Shown: piece after piece, positions 60,234 through 64,000 of the stretch
How positions within the stretch are numbered: position 1 is the first letter of the stretch
Layout of the letters: every line of letters starts with the position of its first letter
Assembly (NCBI GenBank): GCA_902577945.1
Contig: CACHBB010000001.1
Coordinates: 109,344-173,343, forward strand
DNA: 64,000 bases
Reading direction: 5' to 3'
From: an uncultured Alphaproteobacteria bacterium
GTDB lineage: Bacteria > Pseudomonadota > Alphaproteobacteria > HIMB59 > GCA-002718135
Notes under the pieces: generated by a model
The model's database searches: none
The model's input: the letters and a program-made list of their open reading frames with translations, nothing else
What the model was told of the DNA's origin: nothing
Position numbers and translations under genes: made by a program

Positions 60234-61313
60234 TTAAATTGATTTTGCCGCTTTAGTTAAAATTGTCATTTTCTCAATTGCTTGTTCTCGGGTAAAGAAA
60301 CCTAAACCACAATCTGGTGCAGCTATTAAACGGTGTTCATCAATATGTTCAAGTGAATCTTTGATACGAACTCTTACTTCTTCAACAGACTCCATTCTAC
60401 TTTTTGCAATATCAATAAATCCAAAAATTACTTTTGTTTTAGTAAATTTTTCTAAAAGATTTAAATCATTATGCCTATGTGAATCTTCTAAAGATACTTC
60501 ATCAATAGTTGAATCATCTACAAGTGATGCAATTCTATCATAAGCATCTAGATCAGCCTTTTTATACCCTTCTGAATCTAGTGAGTTGGGATAACCACAA
60601 CAAATATGGCAAACGCGTTGCACTTCTTTAGGAATACCATGCATCATTCTTTCTAAATTTTCCATACCATATGAATGAGCTTCATCAGGCTTTCTAGCAA
60701 ATACTGGTTCATCAATTTGAATATACTGACAACCTGCATCTACAAGTGCCTTGATTTCTTTATTGAGAGCTAATGCTAAATCAAAACCAAGTTTTTTCAT
60801 GTCATCATAGTAGTTGTTGGCAATTGAATCTGTAATTGTCATTGGTCCAGGTAGGGTAATTTTAACTGGATTTTTTGTAAATTGTTGTGCACTCTTCCAG
60901 TCTAGATGCATACGTATTTCTTTACTTGAAATCGGTGCAACAATAGTTGGAAGATCAGCTTCGAACGCGCCTTGTCTTACTGACTTATGTGTAACTTCTT
61001 TAAAACTTACTCCATTTAAAAATCGACATTGATATAATACGTAACTCTCACGTCTGACTTCTCCATCTGTTGGAACATCAATACCCGCATTTACTTGATC
61101 AGTTATAACTTCTTTAATTGCTGCTAAAAATAATTTTTCAGCATCTGCACCTGCAGACTCTAATGCTTTTTCATATGCGCCAGGTGACCAATTTGATAAT
61201 AATCCTTTTGACGCTTTTCTCTCTTCTTCTGATTTTGTCCCTAAAAACCAATCTTGAATAGGTGTTTGTTTCGGTTTTGGATAAGCACCTATTGTAGTTG
61301 TTTTAAGAGGCAT
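60234..61313 (-). CDS. Cobalamin-independent methionine synthase II-like (single-barrel MetE family) protein
   Basis: TDGEVRR, LPGPMT, QIDEP, HICCGY, SLE, PDCGL zinc ligands; no N-terminal barrel. Confidence 0.85.
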   Translation of the reverse strand: MPLKTTTIGAYPKPKQTPIQDWFLGTKSEEERKASKGLLSNWSPGAYEKALESAGADAEKLFLAAIKEVITDQVNAGIDVPTDGEVRRESYVLYQCRFLNGVSFKEVTHKSVRQGAFEADLPTIVAPISSKEIRMHLDWKSAQQFTKNPVKITLPGPMTITDSIANNYYDDMKKLGFDLALALNKEIKALVDAGCQYIQIDEPVFARKPDEAHSYGMENLERMMHGIPKEVQRVCHICCGYPNSLDSEGYKKADLDAYDRIASLVDDSTIDEVSLEDSHRHNDLNLLEKFTKTKVIFGFIDIAKSRMESVEEVRVRIKDSLEHIDEHRLIAAPDCGLGFFTREQAIEKMTILTKAAKSI

Positions 61314-61345
61314 CTATTTTTACTCCCATTTAAATTTAAAATAAA

Positions 61346-61370
61346 ACAGCGGCTTTTATAAAGCCGCTGT
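61346..61370 (-). terminator. Hairpin after second substrate-binding gene
   Basis: ACAGCGGCTTT-N3-AAAGCCGCTGT followed by T-rich tail. Confidence 0.75.
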
Positions 61371-61400
61371 AATAAAAAGTTAATAATAAATAATCTCAAA

Positions 61401-62654
61401 TTACATAAGATCGTTTATTTCTTCCATCATTTCTTCTTGGAGATCACCCATATCATCAGCGTCGCCTGTAGCAATTTCTTCTGTGTAATCATAGATTACC
61501 TGTGTAACAGCTAATCCATTTTCTCCAGGATATGCAAACCAATCTGCAAGAAGTGGAAGTTGTTCAACTGCAGTAAGTTTATTAGGGTTTTTACTATAGA
61601 AATCACCTAATAATTCATTCGCTGCTTTGTTTGGTGGAACATATCCAGTTGTTTCAGCAACTAATGCAGCACCGATACCTGATGTTATGAACTTTAAGAA
61701 AGTCCATGCAGCATCAACTCTTGCTGGATCATCAGATGTAGACACTAACATTGCAGCGTTTCCACCTGCTGGTAATCTTGCAGGTGTTCCATTGTTAACT
61801 CCAGCCATTCCAGGGAATGGTGCAGTCTTTAAAACAAAGTCTGCCTTTGCAGCATTAACTGAACCCAAGCTTGAAGTAGACCAGAACATCATACCAATTG
61901 TACCTGCGTTAAACGCAGCTTGACCATCAGCAATTGAATAGTTTGGCATATTACATCCGCTCATGATTGCTTTCATTTGCTCTAACGTTGCAAGTCCTGC
62001 ATCACCACCCATATTTACAGCTCCATCTTTAACCATTGGAACATTCTGAGTGTGCATTAATGCTTGGTGGAACCAGTTACCTGTGATGTTCCAACCAAAG
62101 TATAGAGTTCCTTTACCTGCTGCTTCCAATTTATTACATGCTGCAATAACTTCGTCCCAGTTAGTTGGAATACTATTTACACCTGCTTCAGCTAATAAAT
62201 CCATGTTATAATATCCAACTGGCGTTGATACAGAAAATGGTAATCCATAAACTTCACCACCAAATGTTGAAAGACTTAACATAGCAGAATGGTAACCATC
62301 TTTTTCAAAAGCAGCTTCTTTTGCAATAAATGGCTCTAAAGACTTAGCAATACCTTTGTCAACTAGAGGTGCTTGTCTGTTAAGACCTTGCATTGTTACA
62401 TCTGGTAAATTACCTGAAGTAGACTCTCTGAAGATTGTTGCAGTTGCATCCTCATAGTTTTCATAAGTTGCTCTAAATTTAACTTGAATATCTGGATGTG
62501 CTTTTTCAAACTCTGGCATAATAGCTTGAAACGTTACATCGAATAATCCTGAATAAGGATAAGCTACTTCTATTTCTATAGACTTAGCTGAATTAACAGA
62601 ACCATAAAAACCAAAAGCTAATACGGCTGCAAATCCTGTAATTAATTTTTTCAT
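61401..62654 (-). CDS. UgpB-like ABC substrate-binding protein
   Basis: Signal peptide; GLPFSVSTPVGYYN, PAGGNA, AWTFLKF, TGYVP. Confidence 0.85.
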   Translation of the reverse strand: MKKLITGFAAVLAFGFYGSVNSAKSIEIEVAYPYSGLFDVTFQAIMPEFEKAHPDIQVKFRATYENYEDATATIFRESTSGNLPDVTMQGLNRQAPLVDKGIAKSLEPFIAKEAAFEKDGYHSAMLSLSTFGGEVYGLPFSVSTPVGYYNMDLLAEAGVNSIPTNWDEVIAACNKLEAAGKGTLYFGWNITGNWFHQALMHTQNVPMVKDGAVNMGGDAGLATLEQMKAIMSGCNMPNYSIADGQAAFNAGTIGMMFWSTSSLGSVNAAKADFVLKTAPFPGMAGVNNGTPARLPAGGNAAMLVSTSDDPARVDAAWTFLKFITSGIGAALVAETTGYVPPNKAANELLGDFYSKNPNKLTAVEQLPLLADWFAYPGENGLAVTQVIYDYTEEIATGDADDMGDLQEEMMEEINDLM

Positions 62655-62705
62655 TTAATCCCTCCGATTCAAATATAATATTAATCTAACACGTAGCTTC
62701 AAAGG

Positions 62706-62734
62706 GTTACAATTTTATTACGAAAATATTACTA
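62706..62734 (-). promoter_or_regulatory. Pho-box-like triple repeat
   Basis: TAGTAAT-ATTT-TCGTAAT-AAAA-TTGTAAC-N10-TACGTG. Confidence 0.7.
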
Positions 62735-62790
62735 AAAAATAAGCTTATTTTTTCACAGCATTAAGAAAAATTAGAGAAAAACTGGTTTAT

Positions 62791-63999
62791 TTACCAAGGT
62801 AGCGAAAAGGTTTTTACATTAGTAAAACTTTTCATTGCTTCAATAACACCCTCTTTGTAACCAAGACCTGAATCTTTAATTCCTCCAAAAGGAGACATTT
62901 CAATTCTATAACCTGGAACCTCCCAAATATTTACCGTACCAACATTTAAACCTTGAATATATTTTTTTGCTCGCATGAAGTTATTTGTACATACACCAGA
63001 TGATAATCCGAATGCGGTTGAATTAGATATTTTCATTACAGCTTCATCGTCATTAGGCACACGAATGATTGGGATAACTGGACCAAATGTTTCTTCTAAA
63101 ACTAATTCACTTTTAGGATCAACATGATCTACAACTATTGGAGGTAACAAAGCACCCTTTCTTCCAGGGTGATATAAAATTTTTGCGCCGTCTTCTTCAG
63201 CCATAGAAACTCTTTTATCAAAAAGTTCTGCAGCTTGAGCATTAACGACTGTACCTAAGTCTGTTTCCATATTCATAGGATCACCAAATTTAATTTTCTT
63301 AGCACGCTCAAGAGCCATTTCAACAAATTGATCTGCAATAGATTCTTGAACCAGTATTCTTTTAACAGCTGTACAACGTTGACCAGAATTTTTTGTTGCT
63401 CCCGTTACAGCTAGCTCAACAGCTTTTTTAAGATCATCACCATCTAAGTCATTTAAAACAATTAATGGATCATTACCACCTAGCTCAAGAACTGTTCTTT
63501 TGTATCCAGCTTGTTCAGCAATTAATTTTCCTACACCTACACTGCCTGTAAAAGTAATGAGATCAATATTTGGATTCTTGATCATTTCTGATCCGATATC
63601 TTGAGGCAATCCAGTTACAACTGAAAACATTTCTGGTGGAAGACCTGCTTCATATAAAACATCAGCGAGTACCATTGCTGTTAAAGGTGTTAATTCTGTC
63701 TGCTTACATACTGTACAATTATTAGTTGCAATTGAAGGAGCAATTTTATGCGCTACCATATTTAAAGGGTGATTAAATGGAGTGATTGCTGAAATTGCTG
63801 TTAAAGGTTCTCTTATGGTAAATATTTTTCTCGCTTTTCCATGTGGAGTTAAATCACAAGAAAATATTTCTCCATCATCAAGAATACAAAGTTGAGCCGT
63901 TAATGAAAATACATCAAAAGCTCTTCCTACTTCGTATAGAGAATCTTGTTTTGAAATACCAAGTTCTAAAGTAATAATATCAGAAATTTCTTCTTTTCT
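62791..63999 (-). CDS. phnY: Phosphonoacetaldehyde dehydrogenase (5' end beyond window)
   Basis: Frame open to window edge: [51 protein letters not shown]. Confidence 0.92.
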   Translation of the reverse strand, partial: RKEEISDIITLELGISKQDSLYEVGRAFDVFSLTAQLCILDDGEIFSCDLTPHGKARKIFTIREPLTAISAITPFNHPLNMVAHKIAPSIATNNCTVCKQTELTPLTAMVLADVLYEAGLPPEMFSVVTGLPQDIGSEMIKNPNIDLITFTGSVGVGKLIAEQAGYKRTVLELGGNDPLIVLNDLDGDDLKKAVELAVTGATKNSGQRCTAVKRILVQESIADQFVEMALERAKKIKFGDPMNMETDLGTVVNAQAAELFDKRVSMAEEDGAKILYHPGRKGALLPPIVVDHVDPKSELVLEETFGPVIPIIRVPNDDEAVMKISNSTAFGLSSGVCTNNFMRAKKYIQGLNVGTVNIWEVPGYRIEMSPFGGIKDSGLGYKEGVIEAMKSFTNVKTFSLPW

Positions 64000-64000
64000 T

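Noticed and set aside
645-61923. Numerous 60-140 aa ORFs antisense or out of frame within confident genes
   Set aside because: Shadow ORFs with no motifs or independent expression signals

Overview
AT-rich, densely packed DNA from a streamlined alphaproteobacterium (SAR11/HIMB59-like by composition and gene order; this assignment is inference). Three blocks. (1) 1-25.2 kb, housekeeping: ubiE, coaBC, moeB-like, fabA-fabB-fabI, glpQ, pnp, rpsO, truB, rbfA, infB, nusA, trmB, lnt, corC, ybeY, phoH, miaB, rimI, tsaB, nfuA, trpS, murJ. (2) 25.4-31.9 kb, a Zur-controlled zinc locus: znuABC, zur, COG0523 GTPase, WD40 protein, DUF1636. It includes an unannotated 27-aa, 9-Cys metallothionein-like ORF and a ZnuA with 22 HDD repeats plus an inserted domain. 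(3) 31.9-64 kb, a phosphate-starvation region: phoBRU/pstSCAB, a SET-domain gene, two inverted plcP-agt lipid-remodelling cassettes, ppx/sixA/ppk1, arsenic genes, a secreted acidic beta-helix protein, and 2-aminoethylphosphonate genes (phnZ, phnW, phnY) with unexplained accessory enzymes. Reading the intergenic DNA by eye gives a recurring Pho-box-like promoter layout (7-mer-N4-7-mer-N10-TA). The same layout precedes two copies of a ~60-nt non-coding hairpin with an anti-Shine-Dalgarno loop, a candidate undescribed PhoB-activated sRNA. Interleaved direct repeats of the ppk1 and arsC 3' ends suggest cassette accretion. No tRNA, rRNA, CRISPR array or integrase was seen. All product calls come from motif recognition, not database searches.
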